DNA from: Octopus sinensis
Taxonomy: Eukaryota
Direction: 5' to 3'
Length of the DNA stretch: 64,000 nucleotides
Assembly (NCBI RefSeq): GCF_006345805.1
Contig: NC_042997.1
Span: 123,256,001-123,320,000, forward strand
Shown here one piece after another: positions 1-13,324 of this stretch. The translations under genes and the position numbers were made by a program. The notes under the pieces were generated by a model. That model had not been told where the DNA came from. It did not search any database and saw nothing but the letters and a program-made list of their open reading frames with translations. Every line of letters starts with the position of its first letter. The stretch's first letter is position 1.

Positions 1-101
1 TACATGTACATCTATATATATACATCTACACATAAAATACAAAAAATACAAAGTTATATCGTGATATCGCTAGTGATAACAATACTCAAAATATATAACA
101 G

Positions 102-905
102 ACTGGAATTTTTAGCCCGTCTCTTGTAATTTCGATCAATTGTATCTTGTCCTCCCTCTTGTATAGAAGTGTGGCTACAATCCAGCCTACCTCTACTTAT
201 TTTTTTTTCCGGGACGTCCTACGTCCCAGATATAAAGGTAAAGATAAAATATTTCCACTTTGCAAGTTCGAGTCGAGTACTCCTTTGAGGTGCTTTCCTC
301 CATGTGTTCAAATCTTTTTTCTCTACATTGTATACTTTATAGACAATAGTCTTTTCTTTAATTTATTTTTTAATTATTCAGCTGGACTATTCCATTTCTG
401 CACGCTAATTTTATTTCTAATTTATTCCCATTCATGTGAAACCACTTATTCAAGTTCAAATCACTGATGCAATTTATACCAATTGCTATTTTTACTTTTT
501 TTCTATGTTACGATTATATTATACTTTAGTTTGATTTTAATTGTTACTTACTACATATAATTTAATTGTTATTATTATTTTTATTGTTAAAGTCAAAGTA
601 TCTGACATAAAATAGAGAAACGTTTTTGGTTCACTTTTAACACGTAATACTGAAATAGTGGAGAAGATATGATACTGCTATGGGCTCGCTCTAGGCAAGA
701 AGTTGAACATTGTTTTGCCCATGAAACTACATGTACACTAAGTAAGGCATGTGTAAAATTTGAATGGAATTGGTTGTGTAGTTCTCAAGTTTTAGGGAAT
801 CGTATTGGAGAAGATATGATATTGCTAGGCAAAAAGTTCTAAAGTTTTAGGGAAACACACAGACAGACAGACATACACACATTCTCAGTTATATATATAT
901 ATAAA
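102..905 (-). mobile_element. Probable non-autonomous Helitron-like element, degraded
   Basis: Starts with ACTGG (ACTAG-like) followed by a GC-richer segment and ends in (CAGA)n/(TA)n. Internal direct repeat ggagaagatatgat(a/t)ctgcta at ~660 and ~808. Layout parallels the clearer Helitron at 42599-43053. Ends are uncertain. Confidence 0.3.
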
Positions 906-956
906 TATATATATATTATATATATATATATACATATGTATGCATGTATGTTTGTA

Positions 957-1009
<53 letters not shown>

Positions 1010-1068
1010 GCATACATACATTCATAGAAATACACTCACACACAGATACACACATATATATTATATAC

Positions 1069-1100
<32 letters not shown>

Positions 1101-1720
1101 GAAGGAGAGCGTGAGCTGCAAATTGCCGTTAATTTGTTTCATATAAAGCTTGAAACGATTATTTCAACAATATATTCAGAATGATGCTTCTGAATATATA
1201 GCGTCTGATTAATTTTCACCAACGTGTTATGATCAAGTAGGTAAACTTACATCGTAACCGATTTTCTTAACTATGATTCCGTGAAAAGCAGCACAAGACT
1301 AACTTTTATTACTTATGTTAGTACATCTTTTACTCAATTTAGTAAATCAGGTTTTGATGAAACCTCCACTATACCCACACACACACAATGCTAATATATA
1401 TTTCACAAACGAACAGCAAATATACTCCTTCAGAAGAAACATTCCAAGAAAATTAAGGTTGTTTTCAATTTTAGAGTCTAAAACTTCTATTTCATCTTCC
1501 ATTTAATTTATTTTCCCAAGGCTATAAAGCACGGGTTTCATCGTCTTTACCTTTATAGTATTTATCTAATAGACTTGAAATAATTTTGAACGTCTATACA
1601 AACTTTAAGTTTGTCAAATATATACCCTTCGCTTCTTTCCCCTTAATATCACCGAACTGCAGTATGCCTAGATACTTGTATCCATTGCCAAAGCGTTATA
1701 ACATCCGTTAAGTATATTCT

Positions 1721-1882
1721 TATTCTATCTAGACACAAAGCCCGAAATCTTAAAGGAGGTGGGGCAGTCGATTAAATCGATCCCACTACGCAACTAGTAC
1801 TTAATTCATCGACCCCGATAGGATGAAACGCAAAGTAGACCTCAGCGGAATTTGAACTCAGAACGTAAAGACAGACGAAATA
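1721..1882 (-). mobile_element. SINE family A, 5'-truncated, with 23-bp TSD
   Basis: Matches the family A core (ttctgagttcaaattccgc..gaggtc.actttg.tttcatcct..cggggtcgat). Flanked by ataacatcc(g/a)ttaagtatattct at 1698-1720 and 1883-1905. Confidence 0.85.
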
Positions 1883-2221
1883 ATAACATCCATTAAGTAT
1901 ATTCTAATGAAATGGGTTTTCTTCATTCACTTCATAGTTAAAGCTACGCAGTTCAATATAGCAAACTCCAGTTCAATATCAATGCAACACACATTCACTG
2001 TATTAACAACTCTCACTTTTCTTTCCTTGTAATTACTTGAATTTATCCATGAAAACTTAATGACGTAGAGACTCCATTTTTGACTTAAGCTATCGCTTTT
2101 TTTCTGTGTCATTTACTGTGTGCATTGCAAATAACAACTGGAAGAAACAATTCCTCTGTTTCAAATAACTCAGTCTTCACTTGACAGTGATTAGATTATA
2201 TTCATCAAACTTCTATTAGTT

Positions 2222-2410
2222 ACAAATTTTGTCACAAGGACAAAGTTTGAATCGATTACATCGACTCCAGAGCTCGACTGGTACTTTTTCATCGACACCA
2301 CCTAAAAGAAGAAAAGCAAACTAGCCCTCGTCAGAATATGAACTCAGAACGTAAAGACGGACAGAATATCACGAAGCATTTTGCTCGTGGTATGCTGCAA
2401 GTTTGCCGTC
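2222..2410 (-). mobile_element. SINE family A, diverged
   Basis: Same core as the other family A copies (gaactcagaacgtaaagacgg; tcgactccag; ggtactt). Confidence 0.7.
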
Positions 2411-4235
2411 CTAAATCATCCTGAGACTTATATAATAGTGTGGAAGCCTAGCTCTGAGGTTAAAAATGTAACCTAAGGTATGTCAAATATTATTATCGAC
2501 ACCACACTCAAAGAATTCTTTAACCATTCGTTGATTTACCCATTCTTTGAGTGTTGTGTCGGTGATAAACATATCTAAATGTTCTTCTGAAGTCGACCCA
2601 TTCCATACTTAGACTAGGCTGTCGTCGCTTTTAATCCTTCATTCGTTTTATCAATGATCTGATAGTTTTCTGGTTTTATTAAGTTTCCATTTAGAACTTG
2701 TATTTTTACTACTGATGAAAAATTCAGTGTTTGAATAGAAAGCTTATATATTATTATCATTCTTAAAATGTAATTTAGTAGTAACCCGCAATGCGTATTT
2801 CACGCGAGAAAAATAAAATCTCCAGCGTTTTTAGCCAAATTGCTCTTCTGGCTTTCATATCCTACATCCTGATTATTTGATTATTACTTTTCCAAAACTC
2901 TATTTTAAATGTCCCACTAAATATATATGGTACAATGACGAACATTGAAACTACTCAGTGGAAACGATTAAATTTTCCAGTTTTAAATAACTATATCTGA
3001 ATATTTTGCTTAGCATTTATATATTATGCGTAATATTCTTGAAGATGGTATTCTAGCATTCTGAAAAGACTTCACGGTACCTGTTTACACGCCTTCATAT
3101 TCATTTTTACCTCAACGTTTCGGCTTATGGCCAAGTGGACATAAGTATCAATTCGAATCAAAGAATATGATTCTATATTTCTCATTTTTAAAGCTGATTG
3201 CTGTCATAACTCTAAACCAGAATTTATACTTCTGATTTTAGAAGAGAACAGGTGAGCATTGTTAGTATTCATCCCATCGGAATTAAAGATGTTTCTTTCA
3301 ACAAGCATCTTCAGAGTTTTTGCAATCTCGTTTTAATTTCATTTTATTGTTGCTTGCTGTCACTATTAATTATTTTTAATATGTCCACTGGCTATTTGTG
3401 ACATCAGTGCCTGAATACTCACTGATATTCTATATTATCGTTGTCGAGAGATTTAGCTAGTTACGTCGCTACTGGATGTCTGTCACTGAGGAGTAAAAAA
3501 TAAGCAGTTCCATTGATCTAGAATCTCCCGCGGCCAGTAGTAGATGTTTCCCGTCTGTCGACAATATAGATTTGGTTGCTTTTATGCACCCTGAGTTCAC
3601 CAAGTGGCCCTCTCAAGAAAGAAAACACAGTATTTTCTGTTGTAACACAACATAAAAGTTAAGGTGGAGATAAGGATTGCATTTCTGTTGTTGTTTCATT
3701 ATCTATTTCATTTACTTTTATGTATTAATTTTAGAGATATACTCTAGCTCGTAATTTATCGTATCTCTTGAAGCTCATTTTCTCATAATTTCATATCACC
3801 TTCATCAGATTCGAATACTAACTTTTCTAGTCCTACTGTTTTATATGAAATAATTTATTCTATTTCTGTTAGGCTCCCTTCCCTTAGTGTTCGGTTTATG
3901 TATATCATGTCTAAGCTAACTCCAAGGAGTTGGCCTCAGTATAGTGTTTGTAATTTATTTTATATTCCAGGTTCTTTAATTCATATAAGCTGTCCTTTCA
4001 TTATGTTATTGTATTATGAGAATCACTTTCCCTTGCATGTCTCTTGCATTTTTGCAAGAAACAAGCTTCTTGCATTGTAGAAGTTTTCCATTTGCCCTGG
4101 ATCCTTGTATAACCTATGTCTATAAGATGTACATAGTCTTTCAGTAAATGCATATATTATGTATTTTTGAACGCTATAACAACTATTATTGCTCTCCTCA
4201 TCATTTTCCTCTTCCTCGTCCTTCTTAAACATCCT

Positions 4236-4236
4236 T

Positions 4237-4317
<81 letters not shown>

Positions 4318-4350
4318 TACTACTTATTATTATTATTATTATTATTATTC
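4236..4350. repeat. Compound trinucleotide microsatellite (TAC)n(GAC)n(TAT)n
   Basis: Directly visible. It produces the poly-Y/D/L/R/S ORFs in the track. Confidence 0.95.
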
Positions 4351-5659
4351 CGCTCCTCCCCTCCTCCTCCTTCTTCTTCTTTTCTTTCTCCTCCTCTTCT
4401 TCCACCTACTCTACTTCACCTTCCCACTTACTTTTTCCTCTCCTCTTTTATCTACGATATTCCGTTTATTGATCATTCTTTTTCATTCGGGTTCGAGAAA
4501 TACATTAATTTCTCTTTCTGTCCTAAGTTAAGAATTAAGGACATATTTTGAAACTTTAGTAGCATTTTTATGAATATTATCATGAGTGTAAAACATTAAT
4601 ATTTGTAAGAGATTTAGTTGAAGTCATTACAGTTATATTCAGTTGTGGTTAAGTTTCGAGTACTTATTATTGTAACCCATTTTCAGTCATGTTACAGATT
4701 ATGTATTACTCATGGATATCTGGTTGCAGCATAGAATCACACATACGATTGCTTGATTTTGAACAACTATCATGAAAATATAGATCAAACATACTATTTA
4801 TATCATTGAAACAGAAACAGAATATCATCCTCCTTTTTGCCCTGACGAGGGGATATTAAGCACGAAATATTTAAATTAATAAACGTCTCACTTTAATAAA
4901 ATATCAGGAGCCTCGTTATGAAATCATTCGTAATTCATTGGTGTATTGTGTACTTTATCCTCATACCTATTCATTTGAAATAAATTTATTTATGATTTTA
5001 ATTTTCTACTCTAAAAAACTTACCATTTTTCCTTTTTCTATAAGCAACTTGTTTACTTTAAACTACTCAATAGCAAAATGACGCTCACATACACACAAAC
5101 ACACTTCCATATTTATATTTATAACGGCATATACATTTATGCATGTATGTACAAATACTCCTATATAATAGATATACGGATAAAGATGTGTGTGATGAAA
5201 CAAGGCTTTTTATAATCTCATACTCACGTTACTAAACATATTCATTCAGTGTTGAAAGGTTTTCAATTCATTACATTTATAATTAGTTTTTAAATAGAAC
5301 CATTTAAATAGAAATATCTAAAACCCCAAGTTCCCTTGTTTCTCACAACCTATTTTTGGCAGACAACTCTCCCCGTGACTTTCTTTCAACTAAACAAAAT
5401 TCAATAGGTTATCACCGAATATAAGCGTTTTGATTAATATAATCTGTGTATGATTACGTTAAACAAAACGTTCGTAAATAACAGCATACTTTCGGAATAC
5501 AGGATAACACAGAACAAAAATAAAATTAACTGTAGAAAAAATATATAGCATGAATATATTCATTCAAATTATTGTGCTTGTTTGTCTCAGCGTGATAAAC
5601 TAAATATTGGATAAATATTTTTCAGTGGTGTTCTTAAGAATGTTTCTATGTTCTTAATA

Positions 5660-5795
5660 TAGATTTCAAATTTTGGCACAAGACCAACAATTTAGGGCAA
5701 AGTGCTAAATAGTTTAGATCGACCACAGAGCTGAAGCGGTATTTATTTTATCGACCTCGAAAGGATGAAAGGCAAAGAGGACCCCAGCGGAATTC
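5660..5795 (-). mobile_element. SINE family A fragment
   Basis: tttatcgacctcgaaaggatgaaaggcaaag..cagcggaatt core, plus the caaattttggcacaag tail. Confidence 0.7.
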
Positions 5796-6079
5796 TATGT
5801 TTCTGATGCTGAGGGGCATTTTGTAGTTTATGCAGTTAAATCCGCAAATATAGAGTCACTTGCATATGTGTAGAAATGGAGAATGACATGCCATTATTAT
5901 TCAAACTGTGTCGAAGATTCTAATTTCATATTTGACCAACAGCAAAACGAAATTAATGTTATTACTACTAAGAATGCAAGAATCGTGTTGGGGCATTAAA
6001 ATTCCGTTGCAAGGCTGAAGTTTTATTATAGGTCTCTAGAAAATTCTTGAACAAAATGGAAAGAATCTACTTTACTCGT

Positions 6080-7150
6080 TCCGTTACAACAGTTAGTGGT
6101 ACAAGTATCTAATCCGATGCAAAGTTGACTATACCAGGACATCTTTTGTATATATTGTTACGGGGAGACCTCCGTCGAACGAAAGCTGTTACGGAATCCC
6201 TCACACAGGCCCGACCGATAAGCGAATGTTCGCCACGGAAACTCGGAGAGGAGAGAGAGACACAATGAAGGCAACTACAACAGCAGCCACAAGAAGAGAC
6301 ACAGAGAGAGACACACAGAAATACAGCGGAAGGCAAGGCACACAGAAGGTAATTGGCTCACATTTAACGTACTAGTTTATATGACTATTAATTGTTACAA
6401 CATCAAATACATATCAGATACATTTAAAGAGGACATGTCGAATTAAACAACAACTCAATACATCATACAGGTATACCACAGATCAAAGCATTTAAACTGT
6501 CCGGTAACAACACATCAAATGCAATAACAAAAGCATTTCAAGAGTACACGTCCGGAGACAACAGTTCTGTTTCAAATCACAACAAAGTTACAGTTCAAAG
6601 GACATTAAAGGCCTATACAGTTCAATGTTCAATGTTCATTACACAGTTCTCTCTTCAACAACTCTGTACACAATGTCTTTACACAGTTCACATTGTTCTT
6701 TTCACTGTCTCATTTCTTTTACAGTTCAATACATCGATTCTTGTTCCTTCTTTCTCTTCACATATCAATGCAACAATTCACGTACCTTTAGTTCCTGCTA
6801 TAACAGCCAATGTCTCATATTGTACCTCATCTTTCTTAGCACCGCTAAATTCAACTTGCTAACCTGCTTGCCCTGAATACCAAATCCTGGCCGCTAAATC
6901 CAACCGCTCGCCTTGACTTCCAAATACCGACTGCTAAAACCTCTTGCTCTGTCACCACCCCCAATCTCTCTTAGCACTGTTAATACTCTCTCTATCGCCG
7001 CTCAGTCCTATGTTCTGTCTTCATCGACGCTGTCACTGTCACTCTCTCTCCCAGCTCTCAGATTCCTTAATCTGTCTTCCTCACTACTTTCTTCTTCCAC
7101 TTCTTCACTGTCACTAGATTCTTCCTTCTTTAAGGGGTGTTTAGAACGAA
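6080..7150 (-). mobile_element. Unclassified TE-like segment
   Basis: GC-richer than its flanks. The minus strand reads an acidic ORF end (KKEESSDSEEVEEESSEEDRLRNL..DEDRT*) followed by non-coding sequence with repeated tgttac motifs. Class not determined. Confidence 0.3.
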
Positions 7151-8049
7151 CCAATCAATCCACCTGAATCTGACAGGACAATGGATATATTCCAAAGTAG
7201 GTCGCAGCCAATTGTCCTTAAGCTGAACCCACAGCAATATGTATGTGTGTGTGTTTGCGTGTGTATGTGTATGTATGTGTGTGAGTCTGCGCATGTGTGT
7301 GCGCGTGTGTGCGCGAGTGTTTGTGTGCTTGCTATCTTGAAAGTGATATCTTCTTTGTCTTCCAAGAAACGTTCAATTACATTTCAAATGTGTCTGATAG
7401 GTCAACCAGAATCAAGAGGCTAGTACCTATTTGTTGTATTAATGACTTGTAAAATGTGGTTAATGCCTATGTCGGAAATTTCCTTTAATTCCCTATGAGA
7501 TGAATTGGGATTTGCCTATCTTTTGCGAAGGAATCTTATGAGTCATAATTTCATTGATCCTATCAAACACCGGTAAGACAATTATTCACCAGCGATATGT
7601 GGCCTCAGTCACTGAAAAGACAATTTGTTCACCAGCGATATATGGTTCCGAGTTTCTGTAAATATATAAAAGTTTTCGAATTTTTTTTCTGAATTAGTTT
7701 CTTCAAAAATATTTTTTTGTGCAAAAATTGTTTTACACATTCAAAACTTAGAAAACTTTAAGAAGACGGCTAAATTTTGCTGCACAGAAATTCTGTCTAG
7801 TATTAATATATCTTTATAAGCATCATACTTTAATGCAAAATATTCGTGAAAAAAATTAAGTAAATTATAAGTTAAATCATGCGGTAAATTTTTATTTCTA
7901 AGAGGACCTAATGCTTTTCTGTTCGCAACATTTTAGTTTCGCAGTTTTAATTGATTCTTGAGACATTTACTAAACGTCATATTCTAATATGTAGTTTCTC
8001 TAGAAAATAATTTTAAAAATATTACGTTATTTGCTGATCTTATCCGTAT

Positions 8050-8640
8050 ATTATACTCCATTATAATGTGACATCGCTTAATGCATATATACCGAACTGA
8101 ACATCATTCCTGTAACCATAATCTGCAAACAATTTGCACAAATTATTTTCTTTCTCTAAAGTTGTAAAGACAATCTTAACGTATTATACATGATGGTGTC
8201 TGTAGAAAGAAATACTACAAACTGGTAAATATTCGTTATATATTCAAAATTTTAAGATATTTTACATGAAAGGAATTTTTGACAACGTACTTTAGAAGAA
8301 CTATCTTACACATAAATTCATAGGTAAACCATCGGAAGAGTTCTTTTATAGTGCAGTGAAGCAACTAGATGTCCGCAGTCTTGTTAAAAATCTAAGAATA
8401 GATCTGAAATTGAAGAAAAACAGAAAAAAAATGTCTGATTTAATGCTATTCTGCACTTTTTTTCTTTTTTTGAATATCATATTAAGGAGATTTTTTTGAA
8501 CATATTTAAATATACATTTCATACTTTGCCGACAAATGTATCGTTGTATACGCAATCTGGACATGCCTCACGAAACCTACGAGACACCGAGTTATAACGG
8601 CGCAACTCTACAGTGTCACGATATAAACACGAAGAAATTA
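8050..8640 (+). pseudogene. Decayed protocadherin-like relic 2 (EC1-EC3-like)
   Basis: PL*CDIA*CIYTELNI..IIFFL*SCKDN (8058-8175), VKQLDVRSLVKNLRIDL (8356-8406, at the LDRE position) and IRNLD..SYNG (~8548-8600), in the expected order and spacing. Confidence 0.35.
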
Positions 8641-9619
8641 AGACCATGAAAGCTGACGTGTATAAAGTCAAATTCGAAAAAAGTATTATATGAATGTGTG
8701 TGTGTATGCGTTTGTGTGTCTATGTATATACACTGACACATATACATACGCACACTCATATGTGCATATATGTATGTATGTATAGCAGGCAGAATATGTG
8801 CGGCATCAATAAGATTTTTAAAAATAATTGAATATATGCACACATTTCTTTAAGATAAAGAACATAAGGAGATTATATTTTGATTAAAACCTATAAATGC
8901 TTATTAAACTGAAGGAAGTATTAACTAGATAAAATAAGAATTGTATTCCAAAGCAAATCTAAAAATAATTTGTTTCTCTTCATATGACAAAATTGAATTT
9001 TTGTAGTTTCAAAGAGTATCACTTTATTTGGAAGTGCTATATCAAATTCATGTTATAGCTTGAATTGTTCATCGGATCTAAATAATTGATCAATATTCAC
9101 TTTGGAATAGCAAAATATTTTGACCTTTACATTTTTTAAGAACGAAAAGAAATCGATTAAATTTCACAAAGAAAGTATTAAATATTTTGAAAAGCTAATA
9201 TATCAAGAAATGCTATTTATATCGAAATCCATATGACTCTGTTTCATAAAACCCAATGGATATCTCATGTTATGTTTTGACTCGAACAATATAAATATAT
9301 ATTTTCTTAAATCTATATGATTCCTGAAAAAACATACACGTTTGGGAATTGATAGTAAAACAAATTATATGGCAAAACATTACCGAACTACTAAACCAAG
9401 TCTGTTTCTATGTAAACTTTTCTATCGAGAAAGTGTTAGTAGATAGGTCTTGTCCACTTTGAAATAGCTATTCGACAAAAGTATATAAGGGAAAGTATTA
9501 AAATAAACCAAATGCTTATGTGGATGTCTACTGCTACAATTACTGGTTTTCTTAAACTTACATCAATTTCGAAGAGATATAGGCATATATACACAAACAG
9601 TGTTTTATATAGGGAGAAT

Positions 9620-9792
9620 TCATAACCTAAACAAAAGACGAAGAGAGTGGTGTACACAACAAACAGATGTCTTAGTATAACGCTCGGTAAGTGAAAAAGT
9701 CTTTAACGTTTCGAGCCTACGCTCTTCCTGGGAAAGGAACACAGAAAGAAACAAGGAGAGAAAATAAAGAATGTGTAGTGGCTAGCGATCTA
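9620..9792. mobile_element. Short dispersed repeat, Penelope-terminus-like family
   Basis: aacgtttcgagcctacgctcttc..agaaagaaacaaggagagaaaataaagaatgtgtagtggctagcgatc. Reverse-complement copies at 37315-37437 and 63328-63505. Confidence 0.65.
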
Positions 9793-10214
9793 TCCTGGCG
9801 AATGCCGGACAGAAGATTCACACCTTCGGTCACACTGTGTTATATATATGTGTATGTGTGTGTATGTGTGTGTGTGTATGTATGCATGTATGTATGTATG
9901 TATTTTGTCCATCAAAACAGACGTCGGTAGCAAAAACTTAGGCATACGTACTCACAATCAATCAAAGATTACAACTTTCATTACAATTTAATTATAGAGT
10001 AATATATTGGTAAATGCAATAGTGAAATAATTATGATCAGAAATATTAATGTACATGTAGTGGAACAATTCAAATCGAAGATACATGATCCAGAGTTAAA
10101 GGTGTACGTATTATAATAATATTTCTGTTGAATAAAGTAAAACTACAAATTATATTAGAGTTTATTTATATGCTAGAGCCATATATTGGTTAAAACTAGT
10201 ATAAATGTGTAACT

Positions 10215-10885
10215 GCATTCAGGTTGTAGAGCAGGGTCCGTCACTGTCACTTCCGCTATAATACTTCGTAAGTTTTCTTTCTGTTTCTTCAAGTCATACA
10301 CAATTCCAACACCATATTCTTCAGTGAGTCGCCGCACAGAAACTCAACGACCACGTTTTTTTTTTATAACTCCATTTTCCGCGTTATTGATAATGATAAA
10401 AGTTTCCTTTTTGTTTTTCTCACTGTTATCCATTCGGCTATCTGCGGTTCTTTTTGACATTATATACAAAGTCACAAGAAACAATACAAAGATGGTAAAC
10501 AGCAAATGCCCGTTCTTTCTGTACGAGTGTTCAGCCACACCTGACGCGTAAGTGGCGGCCGACTTGTCAAGAGTTGCCACGTCATACCTGACTGAGTCAC
10601 GTCACGCTGTTCAGCTGTTTGCGCGCAAAACGATCCCTGTTGTGACGCACTTCACCCTCCTATTAAGAAAAGTTCGGGTTTGGGTTTTTTTTGGATTTTA
10701 GATTACCGGATAAAATATTATGTACCTATATTTTATTCAGAATCAGTGAAAAATGTCACTGTAGATAGCTAGCTCTGAATATTCCACGTACATGTGTACT
10801 AAGTTTCTGAGATCGAGATTTTAACTGTTTTTTACGAAATGTCTATCTGTATTTAGCCAGTATTCTGTGTATAGACAAATTTAAA
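10215..10885. mobile_element. Probable non-autonomous DNA element, unclassified
   Basis: CpG-rich block distinct from its flanks, with no ORF. Contains a catgtgtactaagtttc motif resembling motifs in the Helitron-like elements here. Confidence 0.3.
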
Positions 10886-10994
10886 CAGACAAGAAACGTT
10901 CGTAATATTTAAAATTCGCTTTTGAGCCTTCATCAGTTACCGGGTATTCATTTTAATTGTCCATGGAAATGATGCTTATAGACACACACACATG

Positions 10995-11029
<35 letters not shown>

Positions 11030-11164
11030 ACATATATACACGCACGCATGCAAAACACACACACACATATACGCACTTGTGCACACGAAAACACACTCAT
11101 GCACATTTTCGTAGGCTTCTCTTCCCTTGCGAAATGTTTGCCTCCATTGAAACCTTTTCTTGAC

Positions 11165-11635
11165 CATGATTTTTCTACACCAGTGTCACATTTCTGAAGG
11201 TATTTTCCAGGGTGTATCTATAGGGAAGCTTTTGTGGCACTTTGGGCGACGGGTGTCTGTCAGTTCACTGTAGAAGAGCAACTTTACTCTGTTGCCCTGA
11301 ATGCACACGAAGTGACTAGACCATCTTGGTTGAGCCTGTGTCAGCAATGTTTGGTTTCTGGTCATGCTCAAAAGCCATCACATTTGAAACTGTGTGGTAC
11401 CATTTGTTGTTTCATATGCGTCGAATGTAGCGCTAGTGAAACTGAACTACTAGATTCACATGGCAACGGTAGAGATTCCAAGACTCGCATCCATACACAA
11501 TGAATTCAGGAATATTGCTCTGTATACTGCGCGAGTCGTCTCCAGTTTCAATCTATTTTCTTTCCACACTCGGTTGTGGAGTCTGCCGTAAGAAGCACTT
11601 GCCCTGCTGATTTCATTGGATATCTCCTCTGAGGC
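11165..11635 (-). mobile_element. RTE-clade LINE, RT C-terminal fragment
   Basis: EEISNEISRASASYGRLHNRVWKENRLKLETTRAVYRA and QAQPRWSSHFV..KLLFYSEL, typical of the RTE ORF region after the RT. Confidence 0.8.
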
Positions 11636-11921
11636 TGTTGGAAATGAGAAAGGTGTTCGCACCCAGCTTCAGAAGCCCTCTCTACCAGCCTCGAGCGTTG
11701 AAGGCAAACCGAGGTAAGACAGCTGTCTTCATAAGAAACACAGACGACTAAACAGCAGGTGACACATAGCATTGCACAGTCACATTGGTTTTCAAGCATT
11801 ATGCGGCTGCAGGATTTTCGGTTTGTGTTTACTCCTACAGACCTCCGCGCAGAAGGGGAAGCCAACAAGACAGTAGAAAAATGTGAAGATTGGACAATCT
11901 GCTGGCACACTGTAAAACAGA

Positions 11922-11974
<53 letters not shown>

Positions 11975-12584
11975 CATATATACATATACATAAGGGGGAG
12001 ATTTATATATATATATATATAAATCTCTCACTCTCTTTCTTTATATATATATATATATATAAACACACATAAATATTTGGTAAATATCAAAACTGAAAAA
12101 TAGGTTACATGAAAAAAGACGTGATTTTATTAGAATATTTTTATAAACATGCTAGAAATTTAAATATGTCTGTGTGTACGTGCGTGTGCTCACGCGCTTG
12201 CTCACGCGTGTGGTATTTGTGTTTACAGCCGAAAAACCTAGTACACTTTATATGAATGTTATATTAATATCCTTCAACGTAACTCCTTCAAAATTTGTGA
12301 CAAATGAATCAATATTCGAAAACAGTGCTGATACGGAGAAATTGTAATGGCAGAAAACGTCCATAAACATAGCAATTTCAATTTATTGCAAATTTTGTGT
12401 GTTTTGGTCTCTGTGTAGGTATGCATAAATACAAATATGTTTATGTATTATATGTGGCATATATTTGTTTACTATCTTTTAATATATATCGGTTTGTATA
12501 CTTTAGACCCAAATTGAATACTGACTTCTATATAGGTTTTACACCAGGTTTATATTCAGCAAAATAAATATAATGGCAAATGGA

Positions 12585-12800
12585 CACGGTCGCGTGTAGC
12601 AGAACCGTTAGCACACGTGGCAAAATGCTTAGCGGCATTTCGTCAGTCTTTAGTTCTGAGTTCAATTCCGTCGATGTCAGCTATACTTTGCAACAGTTCA
12701 GGGTCGATGAAATAAGTTTCAGTTGACTGCTGGGGTCGATGTAATCGAATAGCCATTGCCCTAAAATTGCTGGTGTTTTGCTAAAAGTTGAAACCAATAT
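12585..12800 (+). mobile_element. SINE family A
   Basis: gcagaaccgttagcac..aaatgcttagcggcatttcgtc..ttctgagttcaattcc..ggggtcgatgtaatcga. A second partial head follows at ~12815-12890. Confidence 0.8.
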
Positions 12801-12889
12801 CATAGCTAATCGTACCGCCGCGAACTGGCAGAATCGTTATCACGCCTTGCAGAATGCTTAGAGGCATTTTACCCATCTTTTAGTTCTCT

Positions 12890-13048
12890 GGCTTTCCGCA
12901 TCTGGCTTTCTGCTCTGCTGACCGAATCCGTCCCTCCTCGGCTGTCCCTGCTCCTGTGGTGATTGCGCTGCGCCAGGATGAGCGGTCGGCAGCAAGTGTC
13001 TCCCAAGTCTCTGTGCCGATGGGGAAGTCTTTGAGAGAGACCTTGAGA

Positions 13049-13050
<2 letters not shown>
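12890..13050 (-). mobile_element. RTE-clade LINE 3' fragment
   Basis: LKVSLKDFPIGTETWETLAADRSSWRSAITTG, the RTE C-terminal WE.LA.DR..WR motif. Confidence 0.8.
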
Positions 13051-13100
<50 letters not shown>

Positions 13101-13200
13101 TATATAACTTCAATACGGAGAAATAATTTGCGAAGGTATCATTGACTCCTTTAGCTAATTATGTATATATATACACGCACACAACAGTAATTATACGAAC

Positions 13201-13240
<40 letters not shown>

Positions 13241-13324
13241 GCATATGCACATATATGTGTGTGTACATATACACATATATATTTATGTATATAAAAGGTA
13301 TGCGTATCTTTTCAATGTGTACAA

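Larger units (their letters stand above)
1230..3560 (+). pseudogene. Decayed protocadherin-like ectodomain relic 1
   Basis: Translation through stops gives KPPLYPHTHNANIYFTNE..RRNIP (~1360-1445, like the EC1/EC2 linker NxPxFP..VxIxFSE..IP), VQYQ..LNLSMKT**RRDS (~1970-2070), SPAFLAKL (~2820), DFRREQ..IKD (~3230-3290) and IFNMSTGYL (~3372-3398). Split by SINEs. By-eye motif match only. Confidence 0.4.

Noticed and set aside
4157-4551. Overlapping homopolymer ORFs (poly-Y/D/L/R/S)
   Set aside because: Produced by a compound trinucleotide microsatellite.
4835-4875. CTGACGA..GAAA hammerhead-like core
   Set aside because: I could not form convincing stems I-III. At most a decayed remnant.
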